DNA of 48,968 nt from a virus. Shown here piece after piece: positions 1-7,890 of this stretch (position 1 is its first letter; each line of letters starts with the position of its first letter). The notes under the pieces are model-generated. The model had not been told where the DNA came from. It did no database searches and was given only the letters and a program-made list of their open reading frames with translations. Position numbers and translations under genes: made by a program. The stretch lies in IMG/VR virus record IMGVR_UViG_3300045941_000175, one strand, 5' to 3'.

Positions 1-113
1 CGCCGCTGTCAAAAACGACCGGGATCCGCATGAAATTCGGCACAAAGCTTGTATCGAGGATGGCGTCATCGGTGAGGGCGAACACCTTGAATTGCGCCGG
101 CGTTGCATCTGAC
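1..113. repeat. Terminal overlap copy A (identical to 48856..48968); closure of a circular or circularly permuted phage genome
   Basis: The first 113 nt (cgccgctgtcaaaaacgacc...cgttgcatctgac) recur base-for-base as the last 113 nt of the window. The repeat lies inside an ORF. Confidence 0.95.
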
Positions 114-406
114 TGCAGCTTTATCTTGGCGTTTTTGCGCAGCACCGATTGCAGCACCGCGGTCGCGTCGTTGCCGGCTTGCGTGGTGCAACTGAGATAC
201 AAAAACGTCGACTCGTTTTGCTTGGTGTGATTGGCGCGGACCGTGCCGGTGAGCGGCGGCGGCGTTTGCGCCTGGGCGTTGAAATCCCAAGGCCCCTGAC
301 TGAGGAAAATATGCTGTGACGGGATGCCCGGTCCGCCGCCCGGCACTGGCGTAAGCACGTCCGGGTTTTTGATAGCGACGTCGGCTGGGCTATCCGGCAC
401 TGCCAT
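1..406 (-). CDS. Hypothetical protein, N-terminal part of a junction-spanning gene (216 aa after circularisation; continues at 48855..48611)
   Basis: ATG at 406 (MAVPDSPADVAIKNPDVL...). The frame stays open to base 1 and reads ...FALTDDAILDTSFVPNFMRIPVVFDSG, the peptide that heads ORF 48611..48940. Confidence 0.6.
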   Translation of the reverse strand, partial: MAVPDSPADVAIKNPDVLTPVPGGGPGIPSQHIFLSQGPWDFNAQAQTPPPLTGTVRANHTKQNESTFLYLSCTTQAGNDATAVLQSVLRKNAKIKLQSDATPAQFKVFALTDDAILDTSFVPNFMRIPVVFDSG

Positions 407-429
407 GATTTTGACCTCTCGCGTGGGGA

Positions 430-481
430 CCGCCGCCCGGATCAATGTGTTTGCGATGGATCGTCCGGGCGGCGGCTTTTT
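430..481 (+). terminator. Terminator-like hairpin (12-bp GC stem, about 22-nt loop, T5 tail) read on the plus strand
   Basis: ccgccgcccgga (430-441) pairs with tccgggcggcgg (464-475), followed by cttttt. It sits between two minus-strand genes, so its role is unclear. Confidence 0.35.
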
Positions 482-510
482 CCGGGAGATTGGGACCCCG
501 GAAAAATTCG

Positions 511-795
511 CTATTTTTTCGCCTTTGCCGGCGCTGCGGCCGGCTCATCGAGCGGCGGGGTGGATTGCAGCGGTTCGGTCGGATCGCCGCCGGTAAGGCC
601 GATTTGGTCGGTTCCCGGTCCTTCCGGGGCTGGCTGTTTGATGATGCCTTCCTCGGTTTCGTTCGGTCCGGTCGGGGATCCTGGCGCTCCCATTTGCGCG
701 CTTGGATTGGCCCCTTTTTGTCCTGCCCCTGCCGGGCCGCCGGATGGCCTGGTATCGCGGGAAGCCTGCGGTCGGTCCTGTGTCTGTTCAGCCAT
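511..795 (-). CDS. Hypothetical Pro/Gly-rich, probably disordered protein (94 aa)
   Basis: ATG at 795 preceded by GGAGGA (801-806 on plus). MAEQTQDRPQ... low-complexity sequence. Start trimmed from track ORF 511..828. Confidence 0.5.
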   Translation of the reverse strand: MAEQTQDRPQASRDTRPSGGPAGAGQKGANPSAQMGAPGSPTGPNETEEGIIKQPAPEGPGTDQIGLTGGDPTEPLQSTPPLDEPAAAPAKAKK

Positions 796-842
796 GGATT
801 TCCTCCTCTGAGGAGTTTGGTGTTGCAACGCTCAAGTCTTTA

Positions 843-1304
843 TCACGTCTTTTCGAGGAGCGCTTCCTTCGGCGCCGGCAGCATATTTTGCTCAAGCATT
901 CTTTCGACCAGGGGCTTTCCGTCGGCCATGAGCATGTAGGGCATGAAGACGGCTTCGAATGACAGGACGCCGGTTTCGACTGCCGTCACCTGACCTTTGA
1001 CCCAATCGCGCAGGATGGAATTGACCGCGATTTGCCCTTGGCGGAGCGCGTCCTGTTCGTAGGCGTGGCGGGTCCTTCGCCGGTGCGAATTGTATGGCTT
1101 GGCCTTCATGTGCATGGCGGCCCAGCCTTTGGCGGAGGCGCGCAACTGGATGGCACGGCCGCGGTGGGTGAAGGCGAGGATGATTTCGTGCGCTTCGTAA
1201 TCGTCCATGAATCCGATTGATTCGCAGCCGAAGCGGCGCAGGATTTTGGTGATTTCGCTCCGCGCATTCTCGCCGCTCGTTGCCGTTTCGTAGGGCGTGG
1301 TCAT
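843..1304 (-). CDS. Hypothetical protein (153 aa)
   Basis: MTTPYETATSGENARSEITKILRRFG... The ATG at 1304 overlaps the upstream stop in an ATGA arrangement. Protein-like composition. Confidence 0.6.
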   Translation of the reverse strand: MTTPYETATSGENARSEITKILRRFGCESIGFMDDYEAHEIILAFTHRGRAIQLRASAKGWAAMHMKAKPYNSHRRRTRHAYEQDALRQGQIAVNSILRDWVKGQVTAVETGVLSFEAVFMPYMLMADGKPLVERMLEQNMLPAPKEALLEKT

Positions 1305-1501
1305 TTCTTTTTCCGCTTCCCACGTTTGACTTCCTCGACCACACCTTTGAGGCATTTGACTTCCGAGAGCGTATAGACGCCGACGCCGGCGATCTCGCCA
1401 ACTTCAACGGTTGCATCCTTGTATTCGGTTGCGGAAAACCAATCCGGGCCGTTGGCTTCGGTCTCGCGTTTGACAAAGAGGACTTTCGGGAAGTTGCTCA
1501 T
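1301..1501 (-). CDS. Hypothetical protein (66 aa)
   Basis: 4-nt overlaps with both neighbouring genes. Lys-rich C-terminus. Confidence 0.55.
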   Translation of the reverse strand: MSNFPKVLFVKRETEANGPDWFSATEYKDATVEVGEIAGVGVYTLSEVKCLKGVVEEVKRGKRKKK

Positions 1502-1716
1502 CTAAAACCCTCGACAAAGCGCCGAGCTCCGGGCAGGTCGCGTTGCATGATGTAGAGCATGCCGACCTGCGCAAAGCCGGCTTCGCTCAAGCCCCTGGTT
1601 TCCGGGTGTTTGGAAAGGTCGGACAGCATTGAGGTGACGCCGTTCGCGATCTCGCCCTTGTCGAGATATTCACGCGCCCGGACCTTGCACCATTCCAGGT
1701 GCTCCTCGCGACTCAT
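1498..1716 (-). CDS. Hypothetical protein (72 aa)
   Basis: 4-nt start/stop overlaps on both sides (coupled operon). Confidence 0.55.
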   Translation of the reverse strand: MSREEHLEWCKVRAREYLDKGEIANGVTSMLSDLSKHPETRGLSEAGFAQVGMLYIMQRDLPGARRFVEGFR

Positions 1717-2006
1717 GCGTGGCCCTCCATTTCGGGCTGGCCTTCGAAGCGTTTGATTTGCTCTTTCATGAAGGCGACGACGTCGCGCCGATCGGCACCG
1801 TTGGAAATGTAATTGCAGCGGCCGCCTTGCGCGCCGAACGGGAACACCAGCAGCACAAAGCCGGTGAGCCGATCCTTGCCGCGGCGATCGCCGTTGAAGA
1901 CGGCATCGAGCGCTTGTGCCAGGGCGTTCATTTTTTCGCGGTATTCGTCAGAAATTTCCGCGTCCCCCAGCTTTTTGTCATCCGGCAATTTTTCGAATTC
2001 GCTCAT
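1713..2006 (-). CDS. Hypothetical protein (97 aa)
   Basis: 4-nt overlaps. MSEFEKLPDDKKLGDAEISDEYREKMNAL... Confidence 0.6.
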   Translation of the reverse strand: MSEFEKLPDDKKLGDAEISDEYREKMNALAQALDAVFNGDRRGKDRLTGFVLLVFPFGAQGGRCNYISNGADRRDVVAFMKEQIKRFEGQPEMEGHA

Positions 2007-2248
2007 TCCGCAAGCCTTTGTCTGCCATCGATGATGACGTTTTTGACGCCGGCCTGTTTGAGCAGCACCACGGCCAGCGACTCACAATCGCTGGCAGGCA
2101 GCGCCAGCCAAGTGACCGCCGTACCAAAATCAATAAACACCTGATCGCCCCGTCGTGAGACGGCGACCGCGAGCCCGCCTTTATCGTCGGGACGCAGCTT
2201 GCCTTGCGGGAATTGCCCGCTCGGTCCGGGCCTGTTCATATCGGCCAT
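2003..2248 (-). CDS. Hypothetical protein (81 aa)
   Basis: Operon packing. Overlaps the neighbouring ORFs by 4 and 13 nt. Confidence 0.5.
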   Translation of the reverse strand: MADMNRPGPSGQFPQGKLRPDDKGGLAVAVSRRGDQVFIDFGTAVTWLALPASDCESLAVVLLKQAGVKNVIIDGRQRLAE

Positions 2249-2457
2249 CGTCGCTCGACCTGTCTTTTCAGATCATTGTTTAATTTCTCGACGCCTGTCA
2301 TGGCGTCATCGCGGTCACGCGCAACCATGATGATGGCGGCGCCGAGAATGGCGGTTGTCACCAAAACCACTTCCCTGGTTGTCGCGTTCATGTCCTCGGC
2401 CGCCTGTTTCCAGGCTTTCGACAATTGCATTTCGCGATTGCTCAATGGCTCGCTCAT
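2236..2457 (-). CDS. Hypothetical protein with one central hydrophobic segment (73 aa)
   Basis: VVLVTTAILGAAIIMVA segment. 4-nt overlap with the upstream gene. Confidence 0.5.
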   Translation of the reverse strand: MSEPLSNREMQLSKAWKQAAEDMNATTREVVLVTTAILGAAIIMVARDRDDAMTGVEKLNNDLKRQVERRWPI

Positions 2458-2687
2458 TCAACCTTCTCATAGGTTGCCAGGAAGATCGCATTGTCGATGG
2501 CGTAGATCTCGCCGGCCGCGCCCTTGGCGATCCAATCGCCGCGCTTGCCGGTCATGACGCCTTCCATGGTGGCGATCAAAAAATGGTTGATGCGCTCCGT
2601 CACCTGTTCCCCTGCCCAGGCCGGCGCATCGCCGCGCTTGAACCACTGCACCGCCTCGATCGTCGTTTTCTTGCGGTACGTGCTCAC
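2454..2687 (-). CDS. Small conserved-looking phage protein (77 aa), function unknown
   Basis: MSTYRKKTTIEAVQW...GDWIAKGAAGEIYAIDNAIFLATYEKV resembles, from memory, a widespread small phage protein pattern (KKP..EA.Q...GDWI..G..GE.Y......F..TYE.V). Confidence 0.6.
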   Translation of the reverse strand: MSTYRKKTTIEAVQWFKRGDAPAWAGEQVTERINHFLIATMEGVMTGKRGDWIAKGAAGEIYAIDNAIFLATYEKVE

Positions 2688-2971
2688 AGCTTGACCCCGG
2701 CTTGGCGGAAGATCGCAACAATGTGCCGGACGATTTCCTCGCCCAGCACCATTTCATATTCGGCGCTGTTCTCGCGCTGGGTCGCAAAGCCAATCAGGTG
2801 CACGTGCGCTTTGTCACCCTCATGCCCGCAATCCTCGACCACGGTGCGCTCGGCCGACGGGATCCTGCGGCCGTAATAGTCCCGCGTCCGCCGGAGCTCG
2901 AAAACATTATTGCCATCGGCCATGCAAAACGTCTCTTGATACAGACCTTTGAGAAAATCCCGCATACTCAC
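2684..2971 (-). CDS. Hypothetical protein (95 aa; GTG start at 2971 or ATG at 2965)
   Basis: ORF in the coupled operon. The GTG overlaps the upstream stop. Confidence 0.55.
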   Translation of the reverse strand: MSMRDFLKGLYQETFCMADGNNVFELRRTRDYYGRRIPSAERTVVEDCGHEGDKAHVHLIGFATQRENSAEYEMVLGEEIVRHIVAIFRQAGVKL

Positions 2972-3069
2972 CAGAACAGCACCAGCAGAACGACCGCCGC
3001 AAACAAGACGCTGCCGACAAGAAGCCAGTTCGCCAGCAGCCAGCTTTTGAGAAAATCAAAGTGCTGCAT
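2968..3069 (-). CDS. Small single-pass membrane protein (33 aa), below the ORF-track size cutoff
   Basis: MQHFDFLKSWLLANWLLVGSVLFAAVVLLVLFW. The ATG shares 1 nt with the upstream TGA (TGATG), and its stop overlaps the next start. Confidence 0.45.
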   Translation of the reverse strand: MQHFDFLKSWLLANWLLVGSVLFAAVVLLVLFW

Positions 3070-3290
3070 CACGTCCGCGGGGCGCCATCCGCCTGCCGGC
3101 TGATCGCCACGTTCACCCACATGGCAACCTCGCGAAGTTTGCGCAAAATAAACGTCTTGTCCGGACCGTCCGGCACCAGAACGTCAATCGCATCGGCATA
3201 GGCCTTGGCCGCCTGCCGCATGGTCGCCATGTCGTCAGCCTGCGCATCGGAAGGCTTGAGATAGCCAAACGTCTCTGGATGCAAAGTCAT
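3069..3290 (-). CDS. Hypothetical protein (73 aa)
   Basis: GGAG lies 7 nt upstream of the ATG at 3290. MTLHPETFGYLKPSDAQADDMATMRQAAKAYADAIDVLVP... Confidence 0.6.
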   Translation of the reverse strand: MTLHPETFGYLKPSDAQADDMATMRQAAKAYADAIDVLVPDGPDKTFILRKLREVAMWVNVAISRQADGAPRT

Positions 3291-3848
3291 CGCAAAACTC
3301 CCAATAGGGTGGAGGGGGCCGGATTGGATACCGGGGCAATTTTAGCGCCAGGACGCGCCAAGACGGGCTTCGCCCTGTTGATGCGCGATCGTCTGCCTTC
3401 CCAGGTCAGCACTCACCCCTCCAAAACCGGTGGCCGGCAACTCAGGCTTCTGGTCGTCAGACTTACGCCGTTAAGGTCCCATCACCCGTCAAGGCCGATG
3501 GCTCACCTGTTGCCGGCCAACACCAAACAAACCCCGACCCTCAAACAATGTCAAGCGTAGGCTTGATGCGCTGTGAATAGCTTTTATTTTTTACCGGCGT
3601 CCACTGCCAGCGAACCCACAAACGATGCTTGCGTAACCAACTCGCACCCCTCACCAAAGACCCCCCGCGATCGTCCAACATGAAAAATATCGCACGACCA
3701 CGACCCCAGCGCGGAACGATCGCATGATGAGACAAGCGCATGCTTGACAGCCTTGCATATAGGGCCTTGGGCAGGTGAGGGAGGCTGCCTACCCCGGCAA
3801 CGAATTGAAAACCCCCTCCCCACCCCCCTCCACAAAAAGGGGACCCAA

Positions 3849-4568
3849 TCAAGCCTTGTCCTGCGCTTGGGCCGCGGCTGGGCTCACCGGCTTGGCCGGC
3901 GTGACGTCGATCGCCTGGGCCTCGATCAACCTGCGGGCATCGGGCAGGGATTGTGCGCTTACGATCGCCTGCCGCTGCAGGATGGTGGCGAGCGCTCTTG
4001 CCCGCTCATCGTCTGAGATCGTGTGGTGCACGGTCAAGGCGCCGCTTGTCACTGTTTCAACGCGGTCCGCGTACACCTTCGGCCGCAACTTGCTCGCCAT
4101 CCACTGCCGGGTATTGACGCGCAACTTGGCCGCATTCACCGCGGCCGGCTCGGCCTCGCCTTCCGCGTCGTCTGCAATTGCAATGCAATCATCGGCCAGA
4201 GCATCGGCGCCGGCTTCACGTGCCCGACTGTAGCACTCCGCGAAAGTCGGATCATCCCGCAACCAATTAAACCAGGCCATCCGTGCTGGGCCTTGCGGGA
4301 ATGCGCTGCAGAATGCGACCAGGGATTTACCTGCGGTCAACCATTCACAGAGGGCGGCTTGCCAATGGGCCTTTTCCTCCGGAGGCCATGCCCGCGGTTG
4401 TGTGACCATGGGCGGGGAGACTTTCGGCTTATGACCGTTGCGGTATTCCGCGGCTTTGCGCTGGGGCTTGTTTTTGCGCTTTTTGCGCACGTATTCGCGG
4501 TCCGCCTTGCGTTTACGGGCTTTGCGTTCGAGGCCGGCGAGGAATGCCGGCGCCTGTAGTCGTTTCAT
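3849..4568 (-). CDS. Terminase small subunit-like DNA-binding protein (239 aa)
   Basis: Core W..ALCEWLTAGKSLVAFC...WFNWLRDDPTFAECYSRAREAGADALADDCIAIADD...AKLRVNTRQWMASKLRPKVYADR matches the pattern I recall for Sf6-gp1-like small terminases. It is not adjacent to TerL. Confidence 0.5.
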   Translation of the reverse strand: MKRLQAPAFLAGLERKARKRKADREYVRKKRKNKPQRKAAEYRNGHKPKVSPPMVTQPRAWPPEEKAHWQAALCEWLTAGKSLVAFCSAFPQGPARMAWFNWLRDDPTFAECYSRAREAGADALADDCIAIADDAEGEAEPAAVNAAKLRVNTRQWMASKLRPKVYADRVETVTSGALTVHHTISDDERARALATILQRQAIVSAQSLPDARRLIEAQAIDVTPAKPVSPAAAQAQDKA

Positions 4569-4671
4569 GAGGCACCCTTTGCGAATGCTGCGCTGATTCG
4601 TTTGCGCCCTGGGGAAAACTATTCGCTTTCCCGAGGCGCATCAAAGCATTGCACCCCGATCGCTGGGCATT

Positions 4672-4690
4672 GACCTATATGTAGTAGGTC
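4672..4690. promoter_or_regulatory. Palindrome GACCTA-N7-TAGGTC in the divergent control region between the leftward and rightward early blocks
   Basis: gacctatatgtagtaggtc. It contains CTATATGTAG, the reverse complement of a 10-mer that recurs at 11603-11612. Confidence 0.3.
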
Positions 4691-4774
4691 CGCGGCCGGA
4701 CACATACAAGCCGAGCTCCTAAGCCAATGGTTTCATTGACACTAAAATAATTTGCGCAAAATACTGGCGCTAGG

Positions 4775-4803
4775 CTTGACAGGCTTCGCACCCCCCCTTA
4801 CGT
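4775..4803 (+). promoter_or_regulatory. Candidate rightward early promoter (CTTGAC-N17-TTACGT)
   Basis: CTTGAC at 4775-4780 and TTACGT at 4798-4803. Same architecture as 10608-10636. A second candidate is TTGACA at 4736-4741. Confidence 0.3.
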
Positions 4804-4945
4804 TCGGCTTGCTTTTCGGCCCCATCGCTACGGCAACCGCCGGCGCCAATGGCTCAAGCGGGGACTTCCGACGGCACACTTTAGCGGCAAGTGCCACGCT
4901 ATGGCGCACCGCTACCGGGTAGCCGCACTAATCACATGGTCAAGA

Positions 4946-5020
4946 ATGCAAGCCCATGCCGCGGGCAATTAAAGCGCGGCATGTTCGAGCATTCACGCTC
5001 GGCAACCAGGAGAGAAGACC
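4946..5020 (+). promoter_or_regulatory. Early-operon structured cassette, copy 1
   Basis: TGCAAGCC, then hairpin CATGCCGCG/CGCGGCATG, then hairpin CGAGC-attcac-GCTCG, then GCAAC, then GGAGAGAAGACC, then ATG at 5021. Confidence 0.7.
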
Positions 5021-5203
5021 ATGAAACTGAACAACCCATACAAGTGGACCGCAAAGGACCGCGCCGAATACGTGACCGAAGTCGAGACCGGCGAGGAAGT
5101 CTTTAGCTGCTGCCATGGCCATATCAATTGCGCGACATACCCGCACGGCCCTTGCGTTAACGAAGTCATGATTTGCATGGAAGAAAAAGGCGAAAGCGAA
5201 TGA
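5021..5203 (+). CDS. Hypothetical Cys/His-rich protein (60 aa)
   Basis: SD plus ATG directly after cassette 1. ...FSCCHGHINCATYPHGPC... Confidence 0.6.
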   Translation: MKLNNPYKWTAKDRAEYVTEVETGEEVFSCCHGHINCATYPHGPCVNEVMICMEEKGESE

Positions 5204-5391
5204 AAACCCCGCAAGTGCCGGCCCTGCCCGGCATGACCCCGCTCGGCATCAAGCCCTATGCCCAAATTCTGGCAGAGGCGCCGTTAAAGCCTAAGGCCAA
5301 CCAGGAGGCTTGCGACGTCGGCCTATTCGGGGACGACGCAAAGCAATTGGACCTCATCGACATAAGGGCGAAGCCCGTCTCATGCCCATAA
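5200..5391 (+). CDS. Hypothetical protein (63 aa)
   Basis: The ATG at 5200 forms an ATGA overlap with the upstream stop. Trimmed from track ORF 5173..5391. Confidence 0.5.
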   Translation: MKTPQVPALPGMTPLGIKPYAQILAEAPLKPKANQEACDVGLFGDDAKQLDLIDIRAKPVSCP

Positions 5392-5460
5392 GTGCAAGCC
5401 ATAGAGCCCCGCGGGGCTCTATTTCGTGCACTCAAGCACGGCAACGAAAACGGAGAGACC
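5392..5460 (+). promoter_or_regulatory. Early-operon structured cassette, copy 2
   Basis: GTGCAAGCC, then ATAGAGCC/GGCTCTAT hairpin, then TTCGTGC-actcaa-GCACG, then GCAAC, then GGAGAGACC, then ATG at 5461. Confidence 0.7.
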
Positions 5461-5685
5461 ATGACAGACCTGCGCATAGCCCTGGTTATCAAAGGCACCC
5501 CAGGAGAAGCAGCCGCCGCGGCCGCAGCCCGCGGAATTCCGCTTTTATTCAAACGCGAGGCTTTGGGCGAAACCATTGGCGAAACCAGCGAAGACTACCG
5601 CGACAAGGTGGGCGCCTGGTTTGCCGAACAGCCGGCCAGCGCACCATTCCCAGCCGGGACCTTGCTGCTCTACCAGGACGCCTAA
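5461..5685 (+). CDS. Hypothetical protein (74 aa)
   Basis: MTDLRIALVIKGTPGE... The start is placed at the ATG that follows the cassette SD. The track ORF 5392..5685 would read through the cassette. Confidence 0.6.
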   Translation: MTDLRIALVIKGTPGEAAAAAAARGIPLLFKREALGETIGETSEDYRDKVGAWFAEQPASAPFPAGTLLLYQDA

Positions 5686-5698
5686 GCCATCCTCGCGA

Positions 5699-5768
5699 TT
5701 GCAAGCCCAAGGCGCCGCAACACGGCGCCTTGTTCGTGCAATCCCGCACGGCAACAGGAGACTAGACC
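5699..5768 (+). promoter_or_regulatory. Early-operon structured cassette, copy 3
   Basis: TTGCAAGCC, then AAGGCGCCG/CGGCGCCTT hairpin, then TTCGTGC-aatccc-GCACG, then GCAAC, then AGGAGACTAGACC, then ATG at 5769. Confidence 0.7.
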
Positions 5769-6830
5769 ATGAAGACCGGATTAAGCCTTTCAGAATTGGC
5801 CGCCAAGATCGAAGGCAATAAAGCCCTGAAACAGGATTTTATTGCAGACACCGCGGCGACCACGATGCAAGTGCAAGCCGATAAAACGATCGTGCTTGAA
5901 ATCCCGCAGCCTGGGACCGCTATCCCGAATAGCTTTCCCATCCTGCCAATCGCGCACGATCAAATCGGCGCACGGCTGAACATTCCGGCCAAATACTACG
6001 ACCGGATGCAGGCCGAGGCGCCCGATTTGCTGGCGACAAACGTAAATGCTTGGTTCCGCAAGAACCCCGAAAAGCGGATGATAAGAACGCTCGGCGGCGA
6101 CGCCCGCGCCTTCCTGTCAAACCGCTACAATCGCATCGAAAACGAGGAAATTGCAGAGGTTGTTTTGCCAATCCTGGCAGACATCCCCGGCGTTCGAATC
6201 CTTTCGAGCGAAATCACGGACCGGCGAATGTATATCCAAGCCCTGACCCCGCGCACCGAAGGCGAGGTAAAAAAGGGCGACGTCGTACAGGCCGGAGTCG
6301 TGATCTCCAACTCAGAGACCGGACACGGCGCCGTCAGCATTTCCCCGCTGGTTTATCGCCTGGTCTGCCTCAATGGCATGATCGCCAACGATGGACGCCT
6401 GCGGGCAAACCACGTCGGCGGCCGTATCGAGGAGACGGAAGCGCTCTACCAGGACGACACCAGGAAAGCGGACGACCGGGCAATCTTGCTCAAGGTCCGC
6501 GACCACGTCCGCAATGCGGTCGACTCGGTGGCGTTTGCTGCCCGCGTCGAAGCCATGGCCGGCCTTGTGCGCCAGCCGATCGCCGGCGATCCGGTGGCGG
6601 CCGTCGAAGTGCTGGCCAAAAAAGTCGGCGCCACCGACGGCGAGCGGGGCGGGATCCTGCGCTCGCTGATCGAGGGCGGCGACCTGTCCGCCTGGGGATT
6701 GCTGAACGCAGTCACCGCGCAAGCCCACGCGGCGCCCGACTATGACCGCTCAATCGATTTTGAGCGCATGGGCGGCGCCTTGCTTGAGCTCCCCCGCAAC
6801 GAATGGACGCGAGTCCTTGAGGCGGCCTAA
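5769..6830 (+). CDS. DUF932-like (phage/plasmid-like) protein (353 aa)
   Basis: ...RAFLSNRYNRIENEEIAEVVLPIL...GDVVQAGVVISNSETGHGAVSISPLVYRLVCLNGMI... matches my recollection of the DUF932 core (..S.rY..i.N..l......G..i.NSe.G.....v.....RLvC.NGm). Confidence 0.65.
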   Translation: MKTGLSLSELAAKIEGNKALKQDFIADTAATTMQVQADKTIVLEIPQPGTAIPNSFPILPIAHDQIGARLNIPAKYYDRMQAEAPDLLATNVNAWFRKNPEKRMIRTLGGDARAFLSNRYNRIENEEIAEVVLPILADIPGVRILSSEITDRRMYIQALTPRTEGEVKKGDVVQAGVVISNSETGHGAVSISPLVYRLVCLNGMIANDGRLRANHVGGRIEETEALYQDDTRKADDRAILLKVRDHVRNAVDSVAFAARVEAMAGLVRQPIAGDPVAAVEVLAKKVGATDGERGGILRSLIEGGDLSAWGLLNAVTAQAHAAPDYDRSIDFERMGGALLELPRNEWTRVLEAA

Positions 6831-6833
6831 CGA

Positions 6834-6907
6834 TGCAAGCCCAGGCGGCCGGCTTCACAAGCCGGCCGCCTGATCGTGCACCGCACGGCAACAGAGGAGA
6901 AAGAACG
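6834..6907 (+). promoter_or_regulatory. Early-operon structured cassette, copy 4
   Basis: TGCAAGCC, then 13-bp hairpin AGGCGGCCGGCTT/AAGCCGGCCGCCT, then ATCGTGC-acc-GCACG, then GCAAC, then AGAGGAGAAAGAACG, then ATG at 6908. Confidence 0.7.
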
Positions 6908-7060
6908 ATGTCCGACCATGATGCAATGCTCGCCATCCAAGAATGCTTGGACGGCACCGAATGGAATTCGAACACGCTTGAGGAGGTTGCGGCGATCATG
7001 ACCGCGGCCGGCTACAAAATCCGCGACCTCGACGACGTCGAACGCGAGGCCACACCATGA
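6908..7060 (+). CDS. Hypothetical acidic protein (50 aa)
   Basis: MSDHDAMLAIQECLDGTEWNSNTLEEV... begins right after the cassette SD. Trimmed from track ORF 6833..7060. Confidence 0.55.
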   Translation: MSDHDAMLAIQECLDGTEWNSNTLEEVAAIMTAAGYKIRDLDDVEREATP

Positions 7061-7311
7061 ACCCGCTAACAATCGGAGCGCTCATGCTGGCCGGCTTTGC
7101 GTTCCTAACCTGGGCAACCGCGCCGGCAAAATACGGCGCCGAGCCGCGGCTAACACCGAATGCCGAAGACTCTGACTTTTGCATGCCGGCCGAAGTCACA
7201 GGCGGAGCCGCGATCGCCTACCACTGCCACGCCGGCGAGATCGGTTGCAAAACGCACCCCGTAACGGATTGCGAGGCCGACGATCGCGACGACTTTGCAG
7301 AAGATGATTAG
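7057..7311 (+). CDS. Hypothetical protein with N-terminal hydrophobic segment and Cys-rich acidic C-terminus (84 aa)
   Basis: ATGA overlap with the upstream gene. MNPLTIGALMLAGFAFLTWATAPA... Confidence 0.55.
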   Translation: MNPLTIGALMLAGFAFLTWATAPAKYGAEPRLTPNAEDSDFCMPAEVTGGAAIAYHCHAGEIGCKTHPVTDCEADDRDDFAEDD

Positions 7312-7386
7312 TGCAAGCCCAAGGCGCTGCGGACCCCGCGGCGCTTTGTTCGTGCACTTTCGCACGGCAACAGAGGAGATAAGACC
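7311..7386 (+). promoter_or_regulatory. Early-operon structured cassette, copy 5
   Basis: GTGCAAGCC, then a 12-bp hairpin with two G.U pairs (AAGGCGCTGCGG/CCGCGGCGCTTT), then TTCGTGC-actttc-GCACG, then GCAAC, then AGAGGAGATAAGACC, then ATG at 7387. Confidence 0.7.
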
Positions 7387-7890
7387 ATGAGCACCTTTAT
7401 TGAGCCGGCCGAGATCCTGGCCGGCCACGTCTCACCGGAGACCGCGTACGTTGTCGCGGATTACCCGTATGGCTATACGCTGCGCTGCAAAATCCGCTAT
7501 TGGCTGGAATTCAAATCGGGCAAGGGAGTCCGATTCTGGTCGCAAACGACAAACCCCAAGCGACCCGGCGAAGTCTGGAACAAGCCGAAGTCTTCCACTT
7601 ACTGCCGTTTCGGCGGCGCCATGTACCTGGACGAAAACGGCCACTGCAAATGGAGCGGACTCACCGAATACAGCACGGCCGCCGAGGCGCAAGCCTGGGC
7701 GAGCAAATGGCGCGAAGGCGTCCCACCGGAAGCCCTGCCCGACCTTGACCGCTGGATTGCGGGCAAGGTTGCGTATGAGCAAGCCCGCGCCAAGGCGGCC
7801 GGCGAGGAGCCCACCCATACCCTGCCGCTCGCCGTCGGCCTGGTCGAGGCTCACCAGGCGATGGCCGCGGCCGACAAGACCGAGAAATAG
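7387..7890 (+). CDS. Hypothetical protein (167 aa)
   Basis: ...VVADYPYGYTLRCKIRYWLEFKSGKGVRFWSQTTNPKRPGEVWNKPKSSTY... looks like a conserved globular family. I cannot name it reliably. Confidence 0.65.
   Translation: MSTFIEPAEILAGHVSPETAYVVADYPYGYTLRCKIRYWLEFKSGKGVRFWSQTTNPKRPGEVWNKPKSSTYCRFGGAMYLDENGHCKWSGLTEYSTAAEAQAWASKWREGVPPEALPDLDRWIAGKVAYEQARAKAAGEEPTHTLPLAVGLVEAHQAMAAADKTEK

Noticed and set aside
1-113. Genuine T7-style direct terminal repeat
   Set aside because: The repeat lies within a continuous coding frame (the 216-aa junction-spanning gene) and has no flanking non-coding features. It is more consistent with assembly closure of a circular or permuted genome. It is kept as a checkable finding.
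3309-3833. 10-nt inverted repeat (gtggaggggg / cccccctccac) bracketing the 558-bp spacer, as possible mobile-element ends
   Set aside because: It is short and G/C-homopolymeric. There are no target-site duplications and no transposase. It is compatible with chance in GC-rich DNA.
6192-6201. GTTCGAATCC, a tRNA T-loop-like decamer
   Set aside because: It lies inside the well-supported DUF932-like CDS. The flanks do not form a T-stem (GGCG is not matched by CGCC downstream), and no acceptor or anticodon arms can be drawn. I found no tRNA in the window.
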